Source: Candidatus Multivoradales bacterium (GTDB lineage Bacteria > Acidobacteriota > Thermoanaerobaculia > Multivoradales > JAHEKO01). From it: a stretch of 64,000 bases of DNA. The DNA is taken from the NCBI GenBank assembly GCA_965223155.1, contig CBDCVR010000014.1, positions 512,001 to 576,000 of the forward strand. Reading direction: 5' to 3'. Below the pieces are notes generated by a model. That model made no database searches and had not been told where the DNA came from. It saw nothing but the letters and a program-made list of their open reading frames with translations. The position numbers were made by a program, and so were the translations under genes. Below are positions 30,215 through 40,289 of the stretch, one piece after another (within the stretch, counting starts at the first letter, position 1; each line of letters starts with the position of its first letter).

Positions 30215-30724
30215 CTACGGACAGGCTCCCCGGATCTGCTGGTCGGACAGCCCGGCCCGGGCCATGGCGGCGATCTGCTCTAGCGTGCACGAGCCACACA
30301 TGGATTCCGCGGGCGCCGCGCCGTCTATAGACGGCGGTTCCGGCGGTTGGTACCCGATCTTCGCCAGCTTCACTCGGGCCTGCTCGATGTACTGGCTGCT
30401 GGCGTTGCGCTCGCAATCGACGCGGCCGCTGCCCGACGTTTGGAAGAACTGCGCGCGAACGCTGGCATTCGCCGTATCGTCCTGCTGCCCGGACTCGGAT
30501 TCCTGATCCAGAATCTCGAAGTGGGAGTAGCCCGCGGCAACGCACAGCGACGCCGTCTTCTCATAGACGACCTTCATCGCCTTGCCGCGCAGACCGAGGA
30601 CTTTGACGCGATGGCTGACGACAAAGAGGTCGTCGCCTAGCTGGGTGAACGTGATGACCGCTCCCGCCGGAATGGCAAGCAGCAGCATCCCGGCGGCGAC
30701 GGCCGCGATTCGAAGGTGGCGCAT
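30215..30724 (-). CDS. exported Cys-containing hypothetical protein
   Basis: Signal peptide MRHLRIAAVAAGMLLLAIPAGA; C-terminal CTLEQIAAM.RAGLSDQQIRGAC; SD GAGGAG. Confidence 0.75.
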   Translation of the reverse strand: MRHLRIAAVAAGMLLLAIPAGAVITFTQLGDDLFVVSHRVKVLGLRGKAMKVVYEKTASLCVAAGYSHFEILDQESESGQQDDTANASVRAQFFQTSGSGRVDCERNASSQYIEQARVKLAKIGYQPPEPPSIDGAAPAESMCGSCTLEQIAAMARAGLSDQQIRGACP

Positions 30725-30831
30725 GACGTTCTCCTCGTGTTTGAAAGCCCGATCGTAGCTCACCGGGCACGCAAAGGTGGACCTTGACGCGACGGACTCG
30801 AGCTGGCGGCTCGGTCCCCTGGGACCCCCTC

Positions 30832-32862
30832 CTACCAGCCGCCCCCGCCGCCTCCGCCCGAGCTGCCGCCGCCCCCTCCACCCGAGCTGCCGCCGCCGCT
30901 ACTCCCCGAGCTGGGACGCGCGACCCCGGCCGCCATGCCGGCGGCCGCCGCGGTCCACGCCGCAGTCGCGCCGGCACCACCGAACGCACCACCACCGCCG
31001 GTCCAGCCGCGACCGGAAGAACCCGAGCCCGAGGTCCCAGTCCAGGAGCTCCGGCTGGTTTCCGGCCCGTAGCTTCGCGACCACTGGTCCACCTCGCCAC
31101 CCAGTCCAAAGGCGAGCAGGTACGGAAGCCAATCGTCCTCCAAGCGCGGATCCGGCCGGTCCAGCTCGCGCGCAAACAGGCGCCGCGCGAAGTCCAGCTC
31201 CTTGCGGCGAATGACCCGCGCCCGGCTATCCCGCGTCCGGGCCCAGTTCAGGGTCGAACGCGCGACCAGGAAGAAAAGCAGAGCCGCCGCCAGATGCCCG
31301 AACCAACCGAGTCGCAGGCCGGCGAGAAGATCGAACCTTCCGGGCGCCAGGACCACAGCAACGAGCCAGGCTCCCAAGAGGGCAACGGGCGCCAGGAACC
31401 AGATCGTCGAGATCGGCCGCACGGCCGGCCGGCGCCGGTACCGGAAGGCCAGAGACGACGCCATCAACATCGGGAGGATGCCGCCGACAACAAGCGCCAA
31501 GCCCAGAATCAGCGCCGCATCGCCGTTGCGCCAGAACGCGAGAACCATGAGAGCCAGCAGGATCATCATCAACAGGCAGCCGGGTGTCTTGTCCGGACCG
31601 GCGATCTTTCGGCCCATCCCCGGCAGCGCTCGGATCCGGCGCTCGATGCCGGCCGCGATGGTCGCCGAGGGCGAGAATCCCTTACCCCGATAGTGTTTGC
31701 GGACGGCTTCGGTATCGGTCTGGTCTCCAGAAAAAAACAGCTTGTCGAGTAGACGGCGCTGGTAGCCGGAGAACTCGTTGCGGCGGGCACGAAGCTTGAG
31801 CTCCAGGACCGACCGTGACCAAAACCGCTCGCGCTCTCGCACCGAGCTTCCGACCTTGCCCTCGACAACCCAGCGCGCGATGAGCGCCGACACCTCCGGC
31901 CGGCTGACGATTCCGTCCCAAAGGGCGCCAACCACCTCCGGTCGTAAGGAAAAGACCCGCTCTTCGAGCCAGCCGCGGTCCAGCTCGGCGGGTCCGTCCA
32001 CCGAATCGTAGCGCCCCTGTTTCTTCTCGTGCCGATGGAACTCGAGCCATGCCGAGACGACGAGAAGCAGGGCCAGGGCGAAGGGCAGCAACCGCTCTAG
32101 GTCGCTCGCGTAGCGCAGCACTCCCGACGGCACGCCCTCGCCGCCAAACGACAAATCGCTGGTGAGAAAGACGCTGGCACCCGGCGGCAGCGGGCCTCGC
32201 GCCAACGTCCGCCGGGAGCCTAGAGAACTCTCCCAGACCGGGGCAATCTCGAGATCCAACTGAAAGTGTTCGATCGGACCCACGCGGTCGGGAAACGCGA
32301 AGTCGTGATCCAGCCGATACAAACCGTCGTCGGCTTGCAAAACACCCGTTAGCGAGTAGTCCAAGACATAGACGATCGGCGTGCTGTCGAACACCGGATC
32401 CGAGGGCAAGCGGCTACGCCAGCGAATCGTCTCGGAGTCATGAAAGTCCCAGTGATCGACCCGGTCGAGGCTGCCCTGGGTGAGCGGGATCTCGGCTGAT
32501 CTGTTTCCGGCAAGCCGGCTCATGCCGCGGAAGTCCAGTCTCTGCCCCGAGCGAATGTTGAAACGCCGCTCGCCGCCGTTCCAGTTGCCGGAAAAGACCA
32601 TGGCGTGCCGCTCGCGCACGTGCAGGATCCCATCGCGATCCAGCCGCGCCTCGACCGCAAGGGAATCCCAGAAGAGCGTGCGCGCTACAGCCGCCTCCGC
32701 ACCTAAGGCGCCAGCGAGCACGCCGAAAACGAGAACGCCGGCTCCGGCGTTCCGCCGGAACCACTGAAGACGGCCGGACCAGGCAAAGGCACGCACACGC
32801 GACCGCGCCGCGAAAGACTTGTGAGAAGGTTGGGTTAGCATCGCTTCGAGCGCCCATCTCAT
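30832..32862 (-). CDS. DUF2207-type membrane protein (start uncertain)
   Basis: Periplasmic beta domain, TM block, WLPYLLAFGL, Gly/Ser tail ending GGGGGGW. Confidence 0.85.
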   Translation of the reverse strand: MRWALEAMLTQPSHKSFAARSRVRAFAWSGRLQWFRRNAGAGVLVFGVLAGALGAEAAVARTLFWDSLAVEARLDRDGILHVRERHAMVFSGNWNGGERRFNIRSGQRLDFRGMSRLAGNRSAEIPLTQGSLDRVDHWDFHDSETIRWRSRLPSDPVFDSTPIVYVLDYSLTGVLQADDGLYRLDHDFAFPDRVGPIEHFQLDLEIAPVWESSLGSRRTLARGPLPPGASVFLTSDLSFGGEGVPSGVLRYASDLERLLPFALALLLVVSAWLEFHRHEKKQGRYDSVDGPAELDRGWLEERVFSLRPEVVGALWDGIVSRPEVSALIARWVVEGKVGSSVRERERFWSRSVLELKLRARRNEFSGYQRRLLDKLFFSGDQTDTEAVRKHYRGKGFSPSATIAAGIERRIRALPGMGRKIAGPDKTPGCLLMMILLALMVLAFWRNGDAALILGLALVVGGILPMLMASSLAFRYRRRPAVRPISTIWFLAPVALLGAWLVAVVLAPGRFDLLAGLRLGWFGHLAAALLFFLVARSTLNWARTRDSRARVIRRKELDFARRLFARELDRPDPRLEDDWLPYLLAFGLGGEVDQWSRSYGPETSRSSWTGTSGSGSSGRGWTGGGGAFGGAGATAAWTAAAAGMAAGVARPSSGSSGGGSSGGGGGGSSGGGGGGGW

Positions 32863-32943
32863 CTGACCGGCACGCTGGCCGGCACGGAGCGCACTCCTTG
32901 GGAATCGGATCGACGCTAGCGGACCCGACCCGGACGGTCAAAC

Positions 32944-33411
32944 TTGGCATCCTCCTCGAACCATGACTCGACGGAAAGCTCCGTCGCCTTCGGCGCCCTT
33001 CTCGACCGGCTCCGCGAGCTCGGCTTGCCGGCCGGCGACTACGCCATCTTCGGCAGCGGGCCGCTCGCTGTCCGGGGCATCGTCGAAGCTCCCGGCGATC
33101 TGGACGTCCTCTGCCGCGGTCGGGCCTGGGACCAGGTGTGCGACCTGGCTCCGCTCCGGACGGTCGAGCCCTGGGGCGTCGAGCTCGTGGAGCTCGACGC
33201 CGGCCGCCTCAGCTTCGGAAAACGCTGGGCGATCGGGAGTTTCGACGAGGATGAGCTCATCGAAACGGCTGAGATCCTCGCGGGCTTGCCCTTCGTTCGA
33301 CTGTGGCACGTCATCGAGTACAAGACGCTCTCCGGGCGAGCCAAGGACCAGCGGCACCTCGAAGCCCTTCGCAACCATCACGAGTATCATCGGTCCGATG
33401 CCCACGATTGA
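32944..33411 (+). CDS. nucleotidyltransferase-fold protein
   Basis: YAIFGSGPLAVRGI....DLDV (GS..DxD) and C-terminal K...GR.KD. Confidence 0.65.
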   Translation: MASSSNHDSTESSVAFGALLDRLRELGLPAGDYAIFGSGPLAVRGIVEAPGDLDVLCRGRAWDQVCDLAPLRTVEPWGVELVELDAGRLSFGKRWAIGSFDEDELIETAEILAGLPFVRLWHVIEYKTLSGRAKDQRHLEALRNHHEYHRSDAHD

Positions 33412-34183
33412 TCGACCGGGCTCTCGGGTCGCGTATTCGGTTTCCGGAGCCGGGCCGGCGCTGATCCTCGGCCACAGCCTCTTCTGCACTCGCTCGATGT
33501 GGCGCGGCGTCTTGCCGGCCCTGGAGGCACAGCACACGGTCGTCAACGTCGAGCTCCGCGGCCACGGCGAATCGACTGCCGAGGCCGAGTTCACACCCTG
33601 GGACCTCGCCGACGACTGGTTCGCCATCCTGGACCGGGAGGGAATCGAGTCGGCCGCAGCCATCGGGCTTTCGACCGGCGGGTTCACGGCGCTTCGCCTG
33701 GCCCTGCGCTCACCCGAGCGAGTACGGGCTCTCGCGCTCTTGGATACCAGCGCGCGGGCCGAGTCCGCTTGGCGCCGCCTGAAGAATTCGCTCCTCGCCC
33801 AGATGTGGCTGAGGCTCGACCTCCTGCCGAAACAGGCTCTTCTTGCGGCAATGTTCGGCCGGGACAGCCTCCGCCGGCGCCCCGCCTTCGTCCAGGCCTT
33901 TCTCGACGACGTCGCCACCTTCGACAAGCCCCAGGTCCTGCGTGCGATGCGGGCCGTGTTCTCCAGAGACGCGATCGATCCTTCGAAGATCGCCCTTCCG
34001 ACTCTGGTTCTCGTCGGCGAGGAGGACAGCGCCACCCCACCCGAAGAGGCCCGGTACCTGGCCGAGCGGATCCCAGGCGCGCGGCTCGAGATCGTAGCCG
34101 GAGCCGGTCATCTGACCGCGGTCGAGCGGCCGGGCGAGGTCGGCGCCCTTCTGCGAGACTTCCTGGACTCCTGCGGCGCCTGA
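33398..34183 (+). CDS. alpha/beta hydrolase (PcaD-like)
   Basis: LRGHG, GLSTGG, GEED, GAGHL. Confidence 0.9.
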   Translation: MPTIDRPGSRVAYSVSGAGPALILGHSLFCTRSMWRGVLPALEAQHTVVNVELRGHGESTAEAEFTPWDLADDWFAILDREGIESAAAIGLSTGGFTALRLALRSPERVRALALLDTSARAESAWRRLKNSLLAQMWLRLDLLPKQALLAAMFGRDSLRRRPAFVQAFLDDVATFDKPQVLRAMRAVFSRDAIDPSKIALPTLVLVGEEDSATPPEEARYLAERIPGARLEIVAGAGHLTAVERPGEVGALLRDFLDSCGA

Positions 34184-34238
34184 CCTGAACCCGCGCGCAC
34201 CCAGCTCGCGAGTCCCGCGCGGCCGCCATCCAGAAATC

Positions 34239-34265
34239 TGCAACTGTTCGCCGATCCGGCCGGTC
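34239..34265 (+). promoter_or_regulatory. probable ECF promoter for the DUF6249-sigma-antisigma operon
   Basis: TGCAAC-N16-CGGTC, 63 nt upstream of the first ATG. Confidence 0.5.
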
Positions 34266-34328
34266 CAAAGGTCGAACGATAGGCGACTGGAAGCCCCAGT
34301 CCGCAACTGAATCCCAAGGAGGATCACG

Positions 34329-34715
34329 ATGGAAGGTCAGTTTTATTCCGCGCTAGGCGTCATCTGGGTCTTCGGCTTCGTCGCCGTCATGCTCATCGTC
34401 TGGAACATGCGCAACAAGCGGCGCATGGAGAAGCTGCAAATGATCCATCAAGAGAGGATGGCCGCAATGGAAAAGGGCGTTCCGCTTCCAGAGTTTCCCG
34501 AGATCGAGGACGTTCCGGTCCAGATGAAGTCGACCTTGAACCCGCGCTGGCCGTTGGGCCTGGGCGCCGTCTTCATCATGGCCGGGATCGGAACCTCGAT
34601 TGCCATGCGCCTGGGGCAGGGATTCGAGGAGATCTGGTCCTTCGGCTTCATTGGGGTTTTTCTCGGCTTCGGCCTGATCCTGTATTACTTCCTGACCCGA
34701 GCGCCCGAGGCTTGA
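34329..34715 (+). CDS. DUF6249-like membrane protein
   Basis: TM, then HQERMAAMEKGVPLP, then two more TMs. Confidence 0.8.
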   Translation: MEGQFYSALGVIWVFGFVAVMLIVWNMRNKRRMEKLQMIHQERMAAMEKGVPLPEFPEIEDVPVQMKSTLNPRWPLGLGAVFIMAGIGTSIAMRLGQGFEEIWSFGFIGVFLGFGLILYYFLTRAPEA

Positions 34716-34746
34716 ACCCACCGGACCGGGCTGAGAGCCTCACGTC

Positions 34747-35349
34747 ATGCCCCACGGCACACCCGACGACGCTTCCGGCGGGCCAGTAGATGCAGAACTC
34801 GTTCGAGCCTTTCGAGACACGGGAGATCCCGAGAGCTTCTCCAAGCTCGTCGGCCGCTACAAGAGCCGAGTCTTCCGGCTGGCGGTCTCGATCCTGGGGC
34901 CCGGGCGCGAGGCAGATGCCGAGGATGTCGCGCAAGACGTCTTCATCAAGGTCTACCAGAAGCTGCACCAGTTCCGGGGCGACAGCAAGTTCGGATCCTG
35001 GATCTATCGCATCGCGTATCGGCAGACGCTGGACCATCTGACCCGGCCCCACCGGCGCATGCCACACGTCACCGATAGCGTGCTCGAAACCCAACCCTCC
35101 AATGCTCCCGAGGCCAACCCGCTAGACCGCGCCATGGATGCCCGAACCAGGCACGCGGTCCAGTCCTCGATGGGCGAGCTGCCGCACCTGTACCGAAGCG
35201 TCCTCCATCTCCACTACTGGCTGGGACTGACCGTCGCCGAGATCAGCGACACCTTGGGCACACCCGAGGGCACGGTCAAGTCCTACATGCACCGAGGCCG
35301 GGCCAAGCTCGACCGCCTCCTTCGCCGACGAGGTATCGCCAATGTCTGA
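34747..35349 (+). CDS. ECF RNA polymerase sigma factor
   Basis: DAEDVAQDVFIK, FRGDSKFGSWIYRIA, EI...LGTPEGTVKS.MHRGR. Confidence 0.93.
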   Translation: MPHGTPDDASGGPVDAELVRAFRDTGDPESFSKLVGRYKSRVFRLAVSILGPGREADAEDVAQDVFIKVYQKLHQFRGDSKFGSWIYRIAYRQTLDHLTRPHRRMPHVTDSVLETQPSNAPEANPLDRAMDARTRHAVQSSMGELPHLYRSVLHLHYWLGLTVAEISDTLGTPEGTVKSYMHRGRAKLDRLLRRRGIANV

Positions 35350-35899
35350 TCCGACGCGACCTGATCCGACCCGGCCTGACCCGGCCCGGCCCTGCTCCGA
35401 ACTCGCACAGCGGCTCGCCGAGTCGAATCAGCGGAGCCAGCCGAGCCAGCCGAGCCAGCCGAGCGACCGGACCGAGCTGTCCGAGGACCTCAGGAAGCAC
35501 CTGGACGCCTGCCCCGAGTGCCAAGCTCAATGGACGATCGACGGTCTCCTCCGCGAGGCGTTTGCCGAGAGCACGGTCCCGACCCTGAGCCAGGACTTCG
35601 AGCGCCGTCTCGAGGCGCGGATCGCCAAGCGCGCCGCCACGTCCCGACTCCGGCACCTGCCGTTGCGCGGCTGGCGCCTGGCAGCCCTTGGCGCCTACGC
35701 CGCGCTCGCCGCCGCGGCGCTCGCCTGGCTCTTCCGCGACGTGTCCTGGCCGCGTCTCGATCCGAGCTCGCCGGCGCTCGCGGTCGCGACCCTGGCCGCC
35801 GTGCCTCTCAGCCTGATCCTGGCGGTCGCGGCGTCCCGCTGGTTGCCCGCCGGCCGAGTCTCGCGGCGCGGCGCGGAGATGCCCCTCCTCACTCTCTGA
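35342..35899 (+). CDS. ZAS (zf-HC2) anti-sigma factor with 2 TMs
   Basis: HLDACPEC; overlaps the sigma stop; N-terminal PTRPD and QPS short repeats. Confidence 0.85.
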   Translation: MSDPTRPDPTRPDPARPCSELAQRLAESNQRSQPSQPSQPSDRTELSEDLRKHLDACPECQAQWTIDGLLREAFAESTVPTLSQDFERRLEARIAKRAATSRLRHLPLRGWRLAALGAYAALAAAALAWLFRDVSWPRLDPSSPALAVATLAAVPLSLILAVAASRWLPAGRVSRRGAEMPLLTL

Positions 35900-35958
35900 G
35901 GCACGGGTCAGACAGCGGCGGCGATTCGAAGACCTCTACTTGAGATCGAGCGGACAGA

Positions 35959-36840
35959 TCAGACTCGCCTTCCGGCCGGGCCGCCGCACTCGAGTCCGCC
36001 GGCAGCCTGGTCCACGGCTGCCGGTCGAGGTTGGCTCGGGCGGGCGCCCGGGAAGAGAATGGCAAGCGCGCCCCGCACCGCTTCGGCTTGAGCGGCTTCG
36101 GAATCGGTCAAGGCTACCCCGGCGGCTCGCTTCCGCCGCCATGCGATCCGGCCGGCAAAGCGCAGGAGCTCACGGCCATCGGGAAGACGAAGACAACCCG
36201 CAACTTGCTCGGGGAGCTCGGCCGCCGGCAGGCCCCGCAAACAAAAGCCACCGGCGGAGAGATTCTCGAGCATGACCTGACGCTCGTCACCATCTTCCAG
36301 ACTCAAAATCACCGGACGGTCAACGCGGACACGCGGATCGTCTCGAAGGCTGGGATCCAAGAACCGGGAAGCGTTCGCCGAGGACCGCCGCAAAGCGACC
36401 AGCGAAAGGCGAACCATCAACCGCGGCTCGGGTGCGACGAGCTCGGCAAAGTCAGCCGCGCTCAGGCACAAGACCGTGGTCGGCTCCGCGGCCCGCGCCG
36501 AGGTCGTCCTGGGAGCGCTCTCGAGGAGCCCCATCTCGCCAAACATTTCCTCGGGGCCGACGTGGGCAACGAACCGAGTGGCCCTCCCCACCTCCGATAC
36601 GAAAAGCCCGACCTTGCCCGAGCAAACGAAGTACAAGGCATCCGCGGCATCACCGGCCCGAAACAGAAGCTCATCTTCGGCGAGATGCCGCTCGGTCGAA
36701 CGCGAGCCGATGGCCGCTAGGAGCTCGGACGGCAATCCGGACAAGAGCGCGAGGCCGTCGAGAAACGCCGTCTTCCCGCAGGACTCGGACAGTAGACCCT
36801 CTAAGGCAGACGACTCCGCGACCGACGGCAGCTCACTCAT
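35959..36840 (-). CDS. cyclic nucleotide-binding domain plus PilZ domain protein (paralog of 19874..20755)
   Basis: FGEMGLLESAPRTTSARA; RDDPR and ENLSAGG; SD GAGGAG. Confidence 0.85.
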   Translation of the reverse strand: MSELPSVAESSALEGLLSESCGKTAFLDGLALLSGLPSELLAAIGSRSTERHLAEDELLFRAGDAADALYFVCSGKVGLFVSEVGRATRFVAHVGPEEMFGEMGLLESAPRTTSARAAEPTTVLCLSAADFAELVAPEPRLMVRLSLVALRRSSANASRFLDPSLRDDPRVRVDRPVILSLEDGDERQVMLENLSAGGFCLRGLPAAELPEQVAGCLRLPDGRELLRFAGRIAWRRKRAAGVALTDSEAAQAEAVRGALAILFPGARPSQPRPAAVDQAAGGLECGGPAGRRV

Positions 36841-37107
36841 GATGTTCTCTCCTCGTGACAACCGGCGACCGGACGGCCGCCAAAGGCTCACTTGCTCATC
36901 AAGGCAAGGGTGATGCCAGTAGCGACTTGGCGCCGTGGGCCTTGGCAAAGATCCCGTAATCACTACGCCGGGAGCGGTGCCCGCTCGGTTCGAAGCCCGC
37001 GGCGGACCTGGGAATCCCGGGAAATCTTCCCGGTCGTGGACACCGCCGCTGGGGAGGAATGCCCGGGGGCCGAAACGTCGCCGACGCCCACATCCGGAGA
37101 CTCACCG

Positions 37108-39075
37108 CTACCAACTGACGCTCAAGGAAAACTTGTAGACCGTGTGATTGCGAGGAGCGCTCAGGTTCTCGAACTCATATTGGCCCACCACATCGCTCAC
37201 CTCCATGCCTTCGGGAACGAGGTTCAGGCCGACTAGCGCCTGCTCGGCCGAGATCGAAGGTGGCCGCCTATTGTGGTACTCAGTCGCTTTGAGCTCGAGG
37301 GAGACTTTCTCCGCACCAGTGTGATCCTTGGCCAGAACCATCTTGCCACCGATCTCGAACTCGGTTCGAACATCAGCGCTGTCTTCAAACAACCCGCCGC
37401 CGGTCTCGTCGAGACCCTCGAGGGCCTGCTTCCAGTAGTAGTGAGTGTGGAGCTCGATCCGGTCGTTCGGCCGGAACGTGATCGTCGGCCGAACCGTCAG
37501 CCGAAAGTCGAATGATGAGGGGGGCGTGAACTTGCCGGTAATGGCTTCGGAGTCCTCCGCAGCCACGCCTTCCTGCACCGAGAGCTCGGGGCCGGCAGCG
37601 ATGACCGATTCATCCTCCTTGAGTCGAACAGTGATCTCTCGGGTGGCAGGCTTCTCGAAGTCTCCGAAGAGACTGGCGGCAATGCCGAACTGCAGCCGGG
37701 AGCGCTTCTTCAGGATCGCCGGAAGCGTATGGCAGTACTCCTCCTTGTGCTTGGTGATCTGGGGACCCGTGAAGAGCTCATCGCGCATCACCTCTCGATA
37801 GTGGTCGAGATATTTCTGCGTTTGCCGGTCAACCAAGATTTCCCGTCGGCGAGCGTCGTTCTCGTCGCAGAAGGTCTGCCAGCGTCTGGGGCTCGTCTTT
37901 CTCCTCGCTGGATCGTCATAGACCAGGTAGGACAGTCCCCCCTCGAACCAGGGACTCCGTTTACGCTTAAGGTCCCACTCGAGGTTCATTCCCACTCCGC
38001 CTTCATAGCGCTCTGAGATCCCAAGAAAGCTATTGGTGAATCGTTCGAGAAATCCATAGACCTCGAGCCAGTCCTCGAAGTAGTAGTCGTAATTGACGAG
38101 GATCTTGGTGACGTCTTCGGACACCTCATCGTCTCTTAACCGCACCTCGGCACCCGCCGATACCCGGAGTTGTCCCGGGTAGATCCCGCGGCTGAGAGCA
38201 ATGTCGGTGCTTAGCTTGTGATCCTCCTTACCCACGGATTCATTTCCAGCGAAGCTCAGGGAAACCGACCCGGTGAAATTCTGCTGTTGCTGCTTGAGCC
38301 AGGCGTTGAACCCCTTCGCGATCGCACCGGGTTCCAATCGGAGAATTCTCGGTTCGAAACGAGCGACATTCTTCGCTTTGACATCGTCCGCAACTTCCAC
38401 CAAGCTCCGCACCGGGTCGCTCGCCGGAACCAACCGATACAAGAAGCCGAAGCCACTCAAGGAGGGATCCGCCGTTCGAAACTCATAGTTCCCGAGGGCA
38501 CTCAGCCCGGGGCCTTTGACGTGATCGAACTGCACGATCAAGTCGTCGGTCAGGATCACCCGCTCGCCAGTCTCGAGGTCGATCAGGAGGCCGCCGGCAA
38601 CGGCGTCCTTCAGCTTGTCGACGACAGTACGTGCCGCCAGCATGAGCTGGGCCTCGCTACACGGAGAGTCCTTGGAAGCTCCCGACGCGGTCGAACCGGC
38701 TGAGTTGGCTGAACCCTTCTGTTTCTTGTTCGTCGAAGCCTTGCCGTCCGACTTCTGCACCTTCGAGCAGGTCGCATTGAAGCGAGCGATTGACTTCGCC
38801 GTGTCGAGGGTCCCCTTGTACTCCAGACTCGCGCAAGTTCCCTTCAAGTCGACCTTCGCAACTTTGGCCACCGAAGCGGGATTCGAGAACTTGACGGCTA
38901 TGGCGTTTGGAACCACACGATACTCGACCGACTCCGGATATCCGTACTCGGAGACTCTCGATGTCGCCGTAGGGGCTGCATCGGCCGGCGCGACAAAGAC
39001 TAGCGGCAGGATGCAGGAGAGGGTCAGTCCGAAAGCAATTCGGACCCGAACACTTCGAAGAATCGACAAAATCAC
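37108..39075 (-). CDS. exported / outer-membrane protein with C-terminal DUF481-like beta-barrel
   Basis: Signal peptide ...APADA; NYDYY, YGFLERFTNSFLGISERYEGGVG; terminal YKFSLSVSW; SD AAGGAGG. Confidence 0.65.
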   Translation of the reverse strand: MILSILRSVRVRIAFGLTLSCILPLVFVAPADAAPTATSRVSEYGYPESVEYRVVPNAIAVKFSNPASVAKVAKVDLKGTCASLEYKGTLDTAKSIARFNATCSKVQKSDGKASTNKKQKGSANSAGSTASGASKDSPCSEAQLMLAARTVVDKLKDAVAGGLLIDLETGERVILTDDLIVQFDHVKGPGLSALGNYEFRTADPSLSGFGFLYRLVPASDPVRSLVEVADDVKAKNVARFEPRILRLEPGAIAKGFNAWLKQQQQNFTGSVSLSFAGNESVGKEDHKLSTDIALSRGIYPGQLRVSAGAEVRLRDDEVSEDVTKILVNYDYYFEDWLEVYGFLERFTNSFLGISERYEGGVGMNLEWDLKRKRSPWFEGGLSYLVYDDPARRKTSPRRWQTFCDENDARRREILVDRQTQKYLDHYREVMRDELFTGPQITKHKEEYCHTLPAILKKRSRLQFGIAASLFGDFEKPATREITVRLKEDESVIAAGPELSVQEGVAAEDSEAITGKFTPPSSFDFRLTVRPTITFRPNDRIELHTHYYWKQALEGLDETGGGLFEDSADVRTEFEIGGKMVLAKDHTGAEKVSLELKATEYHNRRPPSISAEQALVGLNLVPEGMEVSDVVGQYEFENLSAPRNHTVYKFSLSVSW

Positions 39076-39113
39076 GGCGTCCTCCTTTGAAGAGTCTGGC
39101 GGTTCCCCAAGAG

Positions 39114-39137
39114 AGACGGACCGGTCGCACTCTTTTC
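39114..39137 (-). promoter_or_regulatory. putative cognate-sigma promoter, copy B
   Basis: GAA-N13-GTCCGTCT upstream of 37108..39075. Confidence 0.6.
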
Positions 39138-39282
39138 ACAACGGCGCCGACTCAGAGCACCCAGCCGTCCACGGCACCCCACAGTCAACCGTCCCGGGGA
39201 CCGCAGCCTGCAGCAGCACTCGCGCCCTGCGTCTGGGAGAGACCTGCGACTACGCTCCGCCCGGCGCCGCTGGACTCTCGCC

Positions 39283-40242
39283 CTACCGACTGCCGGCGCC
39301 GGCGACGAGCGCGGAAAAGGCCGCTTCGAGCTCGGGGAGGTCGGCGGCTTCCGGTCGGTCCGCCAGGCGCTCGCCAAGCTCGCTCAGCGCCCCGGAAGCG
39401 GATGGAGGAATTTCCAGTCCCACCCACTGCTCGGGCGCCCGCCGAATCGCTCGGCCCTGGAGGAACTTCAGGTCCCCGGATCCGGCCGCCAAGCGACCGG
39501 CCTCCGCCCACTTGCCCAGGCCTAGATAGCTCGCGTCGGCGGCGTCCTCGAGAAAGCCCGCTGTCTGGCCGCTCAGATCGAGCAAGCTCTCCGGCGCTTC
39601 TCCCGCCTCGAGGCGGTCACGCAGATGACCGTACGAGTAAACGATGTGCTCGGTGAGCTCGAACGAGCCGGCGAGATCGGTGAGCTCGGGCAGTACTTCC
39701 AGGGCCTGGCCGGCGTCGCCGCGCTGGAGCGCGACCTCGAAATCAACCAGGCGCACGCCGAGCCGGAAGGAGCGCTCACGCTCGTCGAGACCGACCGAGA
39801 AGCCGCCCGAGCTTCGGGCGTAGGACCAGCCGGCCGCGTCGTAGACGGTGGAATCCGACGCACTTAGTTGGCGGCCGAGATCCGCGACGTCAAGACCCGC
39901 GCCGGCACCCCTGCGATCCCAGATCCCGTCCAGTAGCGGCGTCCAGAGCAGCATCGCCACGATGGCCGCAGCAGCAGCTCCAGCAACAAGCCAGCCACCA
40001 CGAAAGCCACGGGGCCGGCGAGTGCGGGCCGCGTCAAGATCGGCCGGCTCGGCCCAGGCGGCCGAGCGCCGCGCCTCCTCTTCTTGAAAGCGAAGTGTCT
40101 CGGCGTAGACCTCGTAGCAGCGCTCGCATTCGGACACATGGGTCACCATGGCCTCGCGCTCGCCTGCCTCGAGGCGGCCGTCCACGAAGGCGGCAAGATC
40201 CTCCAGAGTCGGGCATGCCGGGCTGGTTGGCTGGTCGCTCAT
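39283..40242 (-). CDS. zf-HC2 (ZAS) anti-sigma factor with single TM and extracytoplasmic helical domain
   Basis: CPTLEDLAAFVDGRL...HVSECERC; TM WLVAGAAAAAIVAMLLW; directly downstream of the sigma gene. Confidence 0.88.
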   Translation of the reverse strand: MSDQPTSPACPTLEDLAAFVDGRLEAGEREAMVTHVSECERCYEVYAETLRFQEEEARRSAAWAEPADLDAARTRRPRGFRGGWLVAGAAAAAIVAMLLWTPLLDGIWDRRGAGAGLDVADLGRQLSASDSTVYDAAGWSYARSSGGFSVGLDERERSFRLGVRLVDFEVALQRGDAGQALEVLPELTDLAGSFELTEHIVYSYGHLRDRLEAGEAPESLLDLSGQTAGFLEDAADASYLGLGKWAEAGRLAAGSGDLKFLQGRAIRRAPEQWVGLEIPPSASGALSELGERLADRPEAADLPELEAAFSALVAGAGSR

Positions 40243-40289
40243 TTCCTTCCTCTCGCGATCCTCGGCTCGATCACACCACGCCCGTGACG

